Source of the DNA: Verrucomicrobiales bacterium
GTDB taxonomy: Bacteria; Verrucomicrobiota; Verrucomicrobiia; Verrucomicrobiales; SLCJ01
DNA length: 22,673 nucleotides
Direction: 5' to 3'
Assembly (NCBI GenBank): GCA_046075565.1
Contig: JBJTQJ010000001.1
Span: forward strand, 1-22,673
Part shown: in pieces, positions 14,788-22,673 of the stretch
How the letters are laid out: each line of letters starts with the position of its first letter
Position numbering within the stretch: position 1 is the first letter of the stretch
Program-made: the position numbers and the translations under genes
The notes under the pieces: generated by a model
Told to the model about the DNA's origin: nothing
The model's database searches: none
The model's input: the letters and a program-made list of their open reading frames with translations, nothing else

Positions 14788-17685
14788 CTAGTCCAACTCA
14801 ACTTTGGTCCGGTAAAACCCCGCCGCCGCGGCGTGGTGAAGGGTGTCAGTGAATGTGCCACCCGCAACATTGCTGGTAAGGGTGATGAAGGGAGTCTGCA
14901 GATCTGGGGTCCATTCCACAGAGTAGGTGCGTCCCGGAACAGCGACCCAGATGAGGCGGTAGCCGCCGGCGGCCGGAAGCTTTTCAATGCTTTCGATTTT
15001 GAACAAAGAGCGACCGTCGCCTGGCAAGGTGCCGGCTACGAACTCGGCGGAGTTGGGCACACCATCGCCATCGCTATCCGCGCCGGGGAGGGCGGCCTCG
15101 GTGGAACCGAAGTGCGTGACCTCCCAAGCATCGAACATACCGTCGGCATCGCCGTCGAGCACGGCTTCGTTGACGGTTTGGTAGCCCTTAAGGCGCAGGG
15201 CGAAGGATAGGTCGGAGCTGTCGACCCTTTGCTGGTGGACTTCCACGGCAATTACATTGACGCCGTCCACCAAAGCTGAGGGCGGAAGGTTGAAGGGATA
15301 GAATGTGTCTTCCGCCACATTGGCCACGGCGGAAGATGCCAATGTCTGGTAGTTCACCGTTCCCGTCGGCATGTTGTCCCTCTTCACCTCTTGACCGTTG
15401 ATATAAATCACCGCGCCATCGTCGCGCAGCAGTTCCAACGAGAGATTGCCCAGTCCGGATCCGGCGTTGACTGAGAATTGCCGCCTGAAATAACTGGTGA
15501 TATGGCGGTTGCTGTTGTTTCCGCCATAGCCGATCACGGTTGCCTCATCCACGTCGCCGTAGCCCAGCTGGGCGTTACCGGTTGGCCACGCCGTGTCATT
15601 GTAGGAGGAAGCTCGCCAAGCGGTGCCGAGATTCTGGCCTTGGTCGTGATATCTCCACTCGGCGTTATCTGCGATGAAAGTGGTCTCGGCCGAGTAGAGT
15701 GAAGTGATCGTAACGGCCCTTGGGGGCATGACAAACGAGATCGACGCACTGCCAACATTGGTGATCGCGGCGACGTTTCCGATCCATTTGACAAACGCTT
15801 GGTTGGACCCGGGTGTGTCGGCTTGGATCGTCACCACGGTTCCCGCCGTGTAGGCGCCATCGCCGGTTCCGGAAATGACCGCCAGTGGGAACAGGACTGG
15901 ACCGTAGCCGGCTGCCGCCGCCTGCCAGTTGGCCGGGTCGTCGGCAAAGGTGCCGGCATTGATCCTCTCCATGGCCATGCCCGTGCCATCCGCTGCGGTG
16001 GGCCAGGGCGCGGTGTCATGGTATTCCACTTCCTCTGCGATGATGGACGGCACATAGCCGGTGGCAGTACTCGGGGTTCCCGGTTTCTTCAGAATGAGCG
16101 TTTCCGAGGTGTCATCGAGTTCTCCGCTGTAGCTGAAGATCGCCACGGTGGAAGGCACTTGATTGATGGTGCGGAAAGCCGACGGGGTGATCGTATTGCG
16201 CACCAGCAGAAGCGTTTGGTTGGCACCCAGGCTGGTGCCGGTGGGAAACCCGAAGTCGATTCCTGACACACTCCACACATTGGCTGGATTGGCAGGGTCA
16301 TACAGATTCACCGTCTGGTTCGAGATATTTTTGATTTCGATATACTCATGTCCTCCGGTCGGCGGGTGATACATGATTTCACTGAACACCAGCGGTCCGA
16401 CGCGGGGGCCTGCGTTGGCGGCACCCGGGGTGGCCGCCGCCTGACTGGGGAAGGCACTGGTGCCATTCGAACGGAGATGCCGGCCGAAGGTGACATCCCG
16501 GTCCTGGCCGCCGAACACCTGGAATTCGCGATAGGCGGGATTGCTCAAGACACCGCCACTGCCGGACGACAAATAGACCGAGTCACCATGCTCGCTCAAG
16601 GCGAAGGCGCTGCCGAAATGGTCGTGCTCGTTGAACACGATGAAGCCACCGGCGGGGACGACCGTGCCGTTAGGAATGGTGTATTTCCGCAGGTTGGCCC
16701 CGCTGTCGCTCAGGAACCAACCGCCGATGTTGATGACCGTGCCCGTTGTGTTGTGCAGTTCGATCCAATCGCCCGGGTTGTTCGCATCCTGATGGGAAAG
16801 CACCTCATTGATGACCAAGGCTCCCGACGGGTAGGCAGGCGCGGGGTCCGCCGCTCCGGGCGAGCCGTCAGTCATCGGGGAGTAGCTCCACGCCCATTTC
16901 GTATCCCACGATGCGGGCGGGCTAAGCGGATCTTTCAGCACCAGCGAGTAGCCCTCGCCGTCGGTGCACGGATACCAATCATCTTCGTAATCAAAATCCG
17001 CCAGCGCGATCCGGTCGGGCGTATCATAGGCCAACAACAAAGGCTCACCGCCGTCGCTCAGGCTGCCTTCGAACACGCCCAGGATATTGAGCGATGCCCA
17101 ATTCGGGTAGCGCACCTTGAAGGCGTCCAGATTCGCCACGATGACGCCGCGGTCACCCGCAGCGAGCGAGGTGGTGCTGCCGCGGGTGAAATCAAAAGCC
17201 ACCCCGGCCAGGAATTTCACACCCACCAGGCTGTATGGCGTGCTGCCCGTGTTCTGGATTTCGATGAACTCGAAGTCCGAGGAGGAATAGGCGGCTTCAG
17301 CGGCACCTTGCGGCGACCGGGGATGATACATGATCTCCGTGATCGCAACTGGTGCCGGTTCGACAACAAACATCGCCTCGGTGATCGCGCTCCACGGCCA
17401 GGTGCTTGGCGCGTTGACGAAGGCCACGCCATTTCCCGCCCGCGATCGAACAAGCGTGTTGCCGGTGATGGTGATCGGGGTGCCATAGGCCGTGCCGGCG
17501 GCGGCCCCACCCGGTGCCCGCGGATCGCTACCATCAAGGGTGAAGTATTTGGTTTCCGGTCCAGTCATGCTCAACTGGAATCCCGACGCCACCCGTCCTC
17601 CGGCATGGCTGAACGCCGGAGGCTCGATCAACTGTTCGTCGATCCAACTGGCCCGGGTCAGCACATGGGATTTCATCTTATCCAC
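14788..17685 (-). CDS. C-terminal part: chitobiase-like domain, three lamin-tail domains, a small beta repeat, a galactose-binding-like domain and a DxDxDG tail (no signal peptide of its own)
   Basis: YFTLDGSDPR, VAITEIMYHP, LVINEVLSH, LVFSEIMYHP, GTGDGAYTAGTVVTIQA, WRYHDQG...LGYGD...YFRRQF...RDDGAVIYING, DSDGDGVPNSAEFVAGT...FYRTKV. Confidence 0.55.
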   Translation of the reverse strand: MDKMKSHVLTRASWIDEQLIEPPAFSHAGGRVASGFQLSMTGPETKYFTLDGSDPRAPGGAAAGTAYGTPITITGNTLVRSRAGNGVAFVNAPSTWPWSAITEAMFVVEPAPVAITEIMYHPRSPQGAAEAAYSSSDFEFIEIQNTGSTPYSLVGVKFLAGVAFDFTRGSTTSLAAGDRGVIVANLDAFKVRYPNWASLNILGVFEGSLSDGGEPLLLAYDTPDRIALADFDYEDDWYPCTDGEGYSLVLKDPLSPPASWDTKWAWSYSPMTDGSPGAADPAPAYPSGALVINEVLSHQDANNPGDWIELHNTTGTVINIGGWFLSDSGANLRKYTIPNGTVVPAGGFIVFNEHDHFGSAFALSEHGDSVYLSSGSGGVLSNPAYREFQVFGGQDRDVTFGRHLRSNGTSAFPSQAAATPGAANAGPRVGPLVFSEIMYHPPTGGHEYIEIKNISNQTVNLYDPANPANVWSVSGIDFGFPTGTSLGANQTLLLVRNTITPSAFRTINQVPSTVAIFSYSGELDDTSETLILKKPGTPSTATGYVPSIIAEEVEYHDTAPWPTAADGTGMAMERINAGTFADDPANWQAAAAGYGPVLFPLAVISGTGDGAYTAGTVVTIQADTPGSNQAFVKWIGNVAAITNVGSASISFVMPPRAVTITSLYSAETTFIADNAEWRYHDQGQNLGTAWRASSYNDTAWPTGNAQLGYGDVDEATVIGYGGNNSNRHITSYFRRQFSVNAGSGLGNLSLELLRDDGAVIYINGQEVKRDNMPTGTVNYQTLASSAVANVAEDTFYPFNLPPSALVDGVNVIAVEVHQQRVDSSDLSFALRLKGYQTVNEAVLDGDADGMFDAWEVTHFGSTEAALPGADSDGDGVPNSAEFVAGTLPGDGRSLFKIESIEKLPAAGGYRLIWVAVPGRTYSVEWTPDLQTPFITLTSNVAGGTFTDTLHHAAAAGFYRTKVELD

Positions 17686-17748
17686 TTTGCCCGACCAATT
17701 GGTATTGACCAGGGGAGTCCCGGCATTCAGTGAGCCCGGCCATTTCGC

Positions 17749-19713
17749 CTAGTTCCGAGCCGCGGCGTTTGCGATCTCCGCCCGGTAGCGTTCGATCCGC
17801 TCGTTTATCGCCGCATCGCTCAGCGGTCCGCGCCGCATGGCCTGCCAACGATCAACCCATACCATCCAGAAATCCGGATCGTTCTGAGCCAGTGGAGTGA
17901 ACCACAGGTGGCCTGAATTGTTGAAAAAATACGATGTGCTTGAGGCAAGACCCCAGACTTCCGGGTTGGAGGCGCGCGTGTCGTTATCGCAGGACATGGA
18001 GCGGTCGAAGTCCCAGACCGGGCCCATTTGGACGAGACCGTTGCGATCCTTGTGATAATAGGTGCTGGCGCTCAATCCGTCCGCATTGCTAGCAAAGACA
18101 TTGAGAATGTGATTATCCACAAACGATCCCACATCGATCATCGACTCATAGTTTCCGTTTGGTATCAGGGCATGAATGGCGTCGAGATGGCTTGTGAGGT
18201 AGGTCTTCTGAGCTGCCGTCATCTTGTCTCCACCAGGATACACATATTGAAGCAGACGCTCCTTCAACTCCGGGTCGGTCGGCAGGGCTAGTCCGGCAGC
18301 GGCGAAGTTATCGGGATCGGTTAGACTCTCCACTTTGTCTTTCTTCCAGATATATCCTCCGGTAATGGCGGGCTCGGTGGCGACGCTGGCAGGCAATTCC
18401 GCCACATCCACCCGGTCGCTCCCCTGCTTGATTCTCTCCATCAGGATATACAGTCCATAGTAGTCGCCTGACTGGCTGAGATTCCCGCCTCCATGGTTGA
18501 GGAAAACTTCCACGAAGCGCGTCCGCACGGCGTAGCGACCGACCTCGTTGCTAATTTCGTACATGAAGGGATTGCGGATCATCGCGGTGTCAATGGTCCA
18601 CGGCGCATAGAGAACCCAGTCGGAATCCGCCGGCATCCCCAATGGCGAGATCGCCCGGCCTTCCTCATCCACATCACCCCAGGTTTCCAAAGAAATGTTG
18701 GGTTTGCTGCTGGTTGGGCGAAGCGTGGATTCGCCGCGGCGCCGGAGTCCCGCGCGCGAGGTGACCGTGGGGATGGCAGTTAGGCGGCACTCACCATTCA
18801 CGGGTTCGAACAGCATCATCTGGCTGGGTTGCCGGGTGGGACTATCGGGAAGAGGAATCTCGCCTCCCCCGAAGTTTTCCAGCACCACCACCGGGATCTC
18901 TGAGACGAAGCTGGCCGCATCGCTCGCCAGCCGCAGGAATGTTTCGCTGCGCACCGGGCCATCGGTTAGGCCGGATTTGAAAGCCCGTGCGCGGACCCTT
19001 GTCGTGGCGCTGATCGGGATTGGGGCCGCATAGAGAGTGGACGAGGCGGTCGGCACCGACCCGTCCAGGGTGTAACGGATGGAGGTGGTGCCGGGCGAGG
19101 CTACGGAGAACGTCAGGTTGAAGGTCGTGGTAAAGGTCGCGCTGGTGGCGGAAAACTGCACCGCACCAGCCGTGGCCTGGGCATTGGCAGAGCCGGGGGT
19201 AGCGGTGGTGAAGTAGGTGTGTGTGCCGGTTCCGGCGTCGATCCCGTAGGAGCGGTCCGTGGTTTGCGGAGGAAACACCGGGGCGTATTGATAGGCCACG
19301 GTTTCGCCGTCGGGTTCGATCAATGCGAGATATTCGCCACCCGCGCTCAACTTGAAGTTCGCGTGCAACTGCCCTGCGACAACCGCATCGACAGCACCAT
19401 CGGCGAAGACGATCAGGTAGCCACCGGCCGGCAGCGGTGAGGTAGCGGCGGTGCTGGGAAACCTCCACTTGCGCGGATCGGCGGGATCATCGGTGAGATA
19501 CCAACCGGCGAGGTCCACCGCCGCGCCTGTTCCATTGCGGATTTCCACCCAGTCCTCATACAAGCCTTGGGCAGTGGCCAGAGTGGTCTTGTTGCTGGCC
19601 ATGAACTCGCTGATCTCCACCCCGGCAGCACCAACGGGCGCACCCATCCCCAACACGCCTGCCAGAAGCATGGCAAGAAAGCACGGGACAAATGATAGTC
19701 GTTTAGAGATCAT
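17749..19713 (-). CDS. N-terminal part: signal peptide, lamin-tail domain, chitobiase/FN3-like domain and most of the CotH kinase domain (654 aa)
   Basis: VEISEFMASN...DWVEIRN (LTD), IRYTLDGSVPT, RRRGESTLR, YYGLYILMERIK, NADGLSASTYYHKDRNG...GPVWDFDRSM. Confidence 0.7.
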   Translation of the reverse strand: MISKRLSFVPCFLAMLLAGVLGMGAPVGAAGVEISEFMASNKTTLATAQGLYEDWVEIRNGTGAAVDLAGWYLTDDPADPRKWRFPSTAATSPLPAGGYLIVFADGAVDAVVAGQLHANFKLSAGGEYLALIEPDGETVAYQYAPVFPPQTTDRSYGIDAGTGTHTYFTTATPGSANAQATAGAVQFSATSATFTTTFNLTFSVASPGTTSIRYTLDGSVPTASSTLYAAPIPISATTRVRARAFKSGLTDGPVRSETFLRLASDAASFVSEIPVVVLENFGGGEIPLPDSPTRQPSQMMLFEPVNGECRLTAIPTVTSRAGLRRRGESTLRPTSSKPNISLETWGDVDEEGRAISPLGMPADSDWVLYAPWTIDTAMIRNPFMYEISNEVGRYAVRTRFVEVFLNHGGGNLSQSGDYYGLYILMERIKQGSDRVDVAELPASVATEPAITGGYIWKKDKVESLTDPDNFAAAGLALPTDPELKERLLQYVYPGGDKMTAAQKTYLTSHLDAIHALIPNGNYESMIDVGSFVDNHILNVFASNADGLSASTYYHKDRNGLVQMGPVWDFDRSMSCDNDTRASNPEVWGLASSTSYFFNNSGHLWFTPLAQNDPDFWMVWVDRWQAMRRGPLSDAAINERIERYRAEIANAAARN

Positions 19714-19745
19714 GTTCTCGGAGGGATTTGCCGGAAACGAATTGC

Positions 19746-19775
19746 GGGGCCGCCGCCCCCCCAGGCGGCGACCCC
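19746..19775 (-). terminator. Strong GC hairpin between the beta-repeat gene and the CotH gene (terminator-like or mRNA-stabilising)
   Basis: Minus-strand RNA GGGGUCGCCGCC-UGGGGG-GGCGGCGGCCCC gives a 12-bp stem with one U-G pair. The downstream U-tract is weak (GCAAUUCGUUU). Confidence 0.55.
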
Positions 19776-19835
19776 CTGATTCCGGGAGAAATCCAATAAC
19801 TCCGGAAAATCTTTGGCCGGGTGAACCACGACCGC

Positions 19836-22673
19836 TTACGGCGTTGCGAAGACCCTGAGCCGGACGAAGTTCTTCACCGGGGTGCCGGGCGTAAGCTTGT
19901 AGGAGATGGTCGTGCTATCATTGACGTAAGGATTGGAAGGCGGATTGTCCGTGACTTCCGTCCAAGGCGTGGGTGCCACACCGAGGCTGATGGATTCCTC
20001 AATGGCATAGATGAGGCCGCTGGTGCCCGAGCGTTTGGTGAAGCTCAGCGTCGTGCCATCAAAGCTGCCGATGTTCGGGTTGGGCACGGTCGGATCCTGG
20101 CCCGCGATGGCGTATTCAATCAGATTCGTGATGCCGTCCTTGTCATCATCGCCGTTCGGGGTCTGGTCGGTTACCGTGCCGTTGGCGAATGTGCCGGTGA
20201 TCCAAGAGGAGAAGCCGGCCGGGCCAGTTGTGACGATAAGGCTGCCGCCGCCGGTGAAACTGGCGGTGGTGATCGTCGCACCGGGAGGAACGCTAGTAGA
20301 GCTGTAGGTGCCGTCGGGTTGTTGCACGGCCCCGAAGAACAACGTGTTGACGGTTTCAGCGCCGGTAAGGCTCATCTTGCCGGGAGCATTGATGACCAGT
20401 TTACCGGCATCCGGAATGGAGGTGCCGGTGACGGCGAGCACACCGCTGTTGACGGTGGTGTCGCCTGTGTAGTCGTTGTTGCCGGTGAGGGTGAGCACGC
20501 CGGTGCCGAACAGGCCGTTGGTATTGCCGGGGTTGCCTCCACTGTTCAACACCAGCGAGCCGTTGCCGGTGAGTTTGCCGGAAAGGGTCACCGCCCCGAG
20601 GACGCCGGTCGAGGTTGTCATTCTACTGCCGCCGACCTGGACGGTCAACGGGCCGGTCAAGGTTTGGTCCTTGCTGATGGTGAGCTGATAGGTGGAGGCA
20701 TCGTCGTTGTTGAAGATGACATTGCCCGTCGCAGGCAAGATTACGTCGCCGGTTAGAACCGTCCCTCCGTTGCGGCGAGAGACCAGGCCGGCGCCGCTGC
20801 CGAAAGTGATTGCATTTCCATAACTGGCACCCGTGCCAAAAACCAAGAGTCCTCCAGTAATGTTGACCGTTGCGGCGGCAGGCAGAGCCGTGGCGTTGGT
20901 GTTGATGAAAACGCGGCCATTCCCGATGGCCAGGGCACCGTAGCTGTTGCCGCCATTCGATAGAATCAATTGGCCGATGCCACTCAGGCTCAAGGTGCCG
21001 CCGGTCCCGCTGATCGCCCCGCTCAGGGTTTGGGTCGCCGAACCCGCGTTTTCAAAGGTCGCCCCGCTGCCGATGCTGATGGCACCCGCGTAGCTGCCGC
21101 CGCCCAGCTTGCCGACCCCGCCCAGTTGCAGCTTGCCGCCACCGACAGTCGTGCTGCCGGTGAAGGTGTTGTTGGTATTGGCCAGGGTGAGAGTGCGGGT
21201 GTTGGTCGTGTCAAGCACGACTCCGCCGCTGCCCGCGATGGTGCCAGTGCCGGAAATGGTGTAGTCGTGACTGGTGCTCTTCATCAGCACGCCGAGCGGT
21301 GAAAATGTGTCGTTGAGAGTGACCGTGGGATTGCCCGTGACGCCCGCCGCGTCGCCGAACATCACCGCATTCATGGTATCCACGTAGGAGGCGGCTGCCG
21401 GAGTGCTGTCCACCCAATTGGCGGTAGCCGTATCCCAAACGCCGTCGCCCTTGTTCCACGCCAACAGGCTGGTGTTGCCCGTAACGGTGAAGGTGAGGGT
21501 ATTGCCCGTGACGCCGAGCGTGCCGGAAATGCCAGAGGGCAGAGTCAAGGTTGTGAACGCCGTTGCATCCGTGGGGCCGCTACCAGTCCAGGTGGCGAGC
21601 GGGAAGGTCAGACCGGGTAGGAAGCCACCCACTGAACCGTCAATCCGCATGGTCATGCCGGTGCCGAGCGCCAGGCTTGCCACTTTCATAGGTGCCATAG
21701 TCGTGCTGGGGGAGACGAGGCCGAAATCCACACGCAGGGTGCTATTGTCGGCGTAGGTCAGGCTGCCGGTGTTGACCCACTGACCGTCGGCGGCTGCGAC
21801 GAGCACGCCGTTGGTGGCACCGTCGGCCACGGTGATGTCTGTCGTGGCTGAACCGGCGGTCGAGTGCTTGAGTTCACCCGCGTTTATGATCGTCGCGCCG
21901 CTGTAGCTGTTGGCACCGGCGAGCGTCAGGCTGCCCCCTCCGGTCTTGGTCAGGCTGCCTGTGACGGCATCGTCATTCGAAAGAACTCCGGAAAGGGTGA
22001 TGTTGCGGGCGGTGCTTCCGCTGTCGGCCGCCTGGACGGTCGCGGCGGTGCCGAGTTTCATGCCCATGGAAGACGACCAATTCTGCGAGGCCCCCAATGT
22101 GCCGCCTTGGAGTTGGATCGTCACCGGCAGCGCGGCGGCGGCCGAGCCGCGGGTGATGCCCTGCGCGCCGATGTAGAGGTTGCCGCCACTCAACTGCAGG
22201 GTGGCCAACGCGGTGGCGTCATAGGCATTGCCGCCTTTGAGCCCGCCAACATCGTCTCCAGTGTTGGCCCCGAACTGGATGCCGTTGAGGGTGGCGGTGC
22301 CGCCGGACTGGGTCATGGTGGAGGTCTTCCCGGCGTTGGCCCCCGCCGCGAAGAAGTAGAGCTTGTTGCTGGTCTTGCCGGTGCCGACCGTCAGGGCGCC
22401 CCCCTGCACATCGAGCAGGCTGTTGCTGTTGCCATCGACGGACACCAGATTGATCTGCCCCGCACTGTTCGCGGTCACGCCCACATTGACGGTGCCGCCA
22501 CTTTGCAGGATGAGGGAGGATTTGAAATTGCCCATGTTCCGCCCCAAGTGCATGCTGTAGGCGACGGTGCTGGTATTGCTGGCGACGACATTGAGCGTCC
22601 CGGTGCCGGAAACCTTGTAAGCGACATCCCGACCGGCATTGCTGCCGATGTTGGTCCCAATGTTGGTCGTCGC
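19836..22673 (-). CDS. Large Gly/Thr-rich protein with autotransporter-associated beta-strand repeats (5'-truncated by the window); no beta-barrel
   Basis: Frame is open from 22673 (ATTNIGTNIGSNAGRDVAYKVSG...) to TAA at 19836. Repeats include GSLTKTGGGSLTLAGANSYSGATIINAGEL, TLTLANTNNTFTGSTTVGGGKL and GTGVLTLTGNNDYTGDTTVNSGVL. C-terminus DDDKDGITNLIEYAIAGQDP...FVRLRV. Confidence 0.88.
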   Translation of the reverse strand, partial: ATTNIGTNIGSNAGRDVAYKVSGTGTLNVVASNTSTVAYSMHLGRNMGNFKSSLILQSGGTVNVGVTANSAGQINLVSVDGNSNSLLDVQGGALTVGTGKTSNKLYFFAAGANAGKTSTMTQSGGTATLNGIQFGANTGDDVGGLKGGNAYDATALATLQLSGGNLYIGAQGITRGSAAAALPVTIQLQGGTLGASQNWSSSMGMKLGTAATVQAADSGSTARNITLSGVLSNDDAVTGSLTKTGGGSLTLAGANSYSGATIINAGELKHSTAGSATTDITVADGATNGVLVAAADGQWVNTGSLTYADNSTLRVDFGLVSPSTTMAPMKVASLALGTGMTMRIDGSVGGFLPGLTFPLATWTGSGPTDATAFTTLTLPSGISGTLGVTGNTLTFTVTGNTSLLAWNKGDGVWDTATANWVDSTPAAASYVDTMNAVMFGDAAGVTGNPTVTLNDTFSPLGVLMKSTSHDYTISGTGTIAGSGGVVLDTTNTRTLTLANTNNTFTGSTTVGGGKLQLGGVGKLGGGSYAGAISIGSGATFENAGSATQTLSGAISGTGGTLSLSGIGQLILSNGGNSYGALAIGNGRVFINTNATALPAAATVNITGGLLVFGTGASYGNAITFGSGAGLVSRRNGGTVLTGDVILPATGNVIFNNDDASTYQLTISKDQTLTGPLTVQVGGSRMTTSTGVLGAVTLSGKLTGNGSLVLNSGGNPGNTNGLFGTGVLTLTGNNDYTGDTTVNSGVLAVTGTSIPDAGKLVINAPGKMSLTGAETVNTLFFGAVQQPDGTYSSTSVPPGATITTASFTGGGSLIVTTGPAGFSSWITGTFANGTVTDQTPNGDDDKDGITNLIEYAIAGQDPTVPNPNIGSFDGTTLSFTKRSGTSGLIYAIEESISLGVAPTPWTEVTDNPPSNPYVNDSTTISYKLTPGTPVKNFVRLRVFATP

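Larger units (their letters stand above)
14788..19713 (-). pseudogene. Large secreted CotH-kinase / multi-lamin-tail-domain protein (1641 codons) interrupted by one in-frame TAG at 17749-17751
   Basis: ORFs 17749..19713 and 14788..17685 share a frame. The 63 nt between them are open: ...AAARN*AKWPGSLNAGTPLVNTNWSGKVDKMKSHVLTRASWIDEQL, which reads as the C-terminal helices of a CotH domain. Confidence 0.8.

Noticed and set aside
13291..19713. Genome-wide TAG reassignment or pyrrolysine: the CotH halves and the downstream sulfatase are in one frame separated only by TAG codons
   Set aside because: TAG at 14788 follows the natural FYRxxV terminus. The sulfatase has its own signal peptide and ends TAG TAG at a normal sulfatase C-terminus. 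No other gene has internal TAGs and no pyl genes are present. The shared frame is a 1-in-3 coincidence.
19836..22673. Classical type V autotransporter
   Set aside because: Only passenger-type repeats are present. There is no C-terminal beta-barrel of about 280 aa or terminal aromatic residue.
1..22673. CRISPR array, tRNA/rRNA, IS or integrase, sulfatase-maturation enzyme, SusC/D pair
   Set aside because: None seen by eye: no regularly spaced repeats, no transposase or recombinase ORF, and no FGE/anSME or TonB-dependent receptor motifs. The maturase must be encoded elsewhere.

Overview
High-GC bacterial DNA. The protein repertoire (signal-peptide sulfatases, a CotH/lamin-tail protein, beta-strand-repeat proteins with DxDxDG...FxRxxV tails, no SusC/D) suggests Verrucomicrobiota/PVC; this is an inference. 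The window looks like a sulfated-glycan utilisation cluster. On the minus strand are four Cys-type S1 sulfatases, a GH99/GH71-like lipoprotein, a sodium:solute symporter and a Tat-signal Gfo/Idh/MocA oxidoreductase. A GH38 alpha-mannosidase-like gene is transcribed divergently, with a LacI-type palindrome in between. A FitA/VapC toxin-antitoxin pair sits mid-cluster with a recognisable promoter/operator array. At the right end are a 1641-codon CotH-kinase/lamin-tail gene broken by one in-frame TAG and the 3' part of a large beta-strand-repeat protein that lacks a beta-barrel. Manual translation of the intergenic gaps shows several tiny stubs resembling the first codons of lost sulfatase or secreted-protein genes. 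Most other ORFs in the track are GC-rich antisense shadows.
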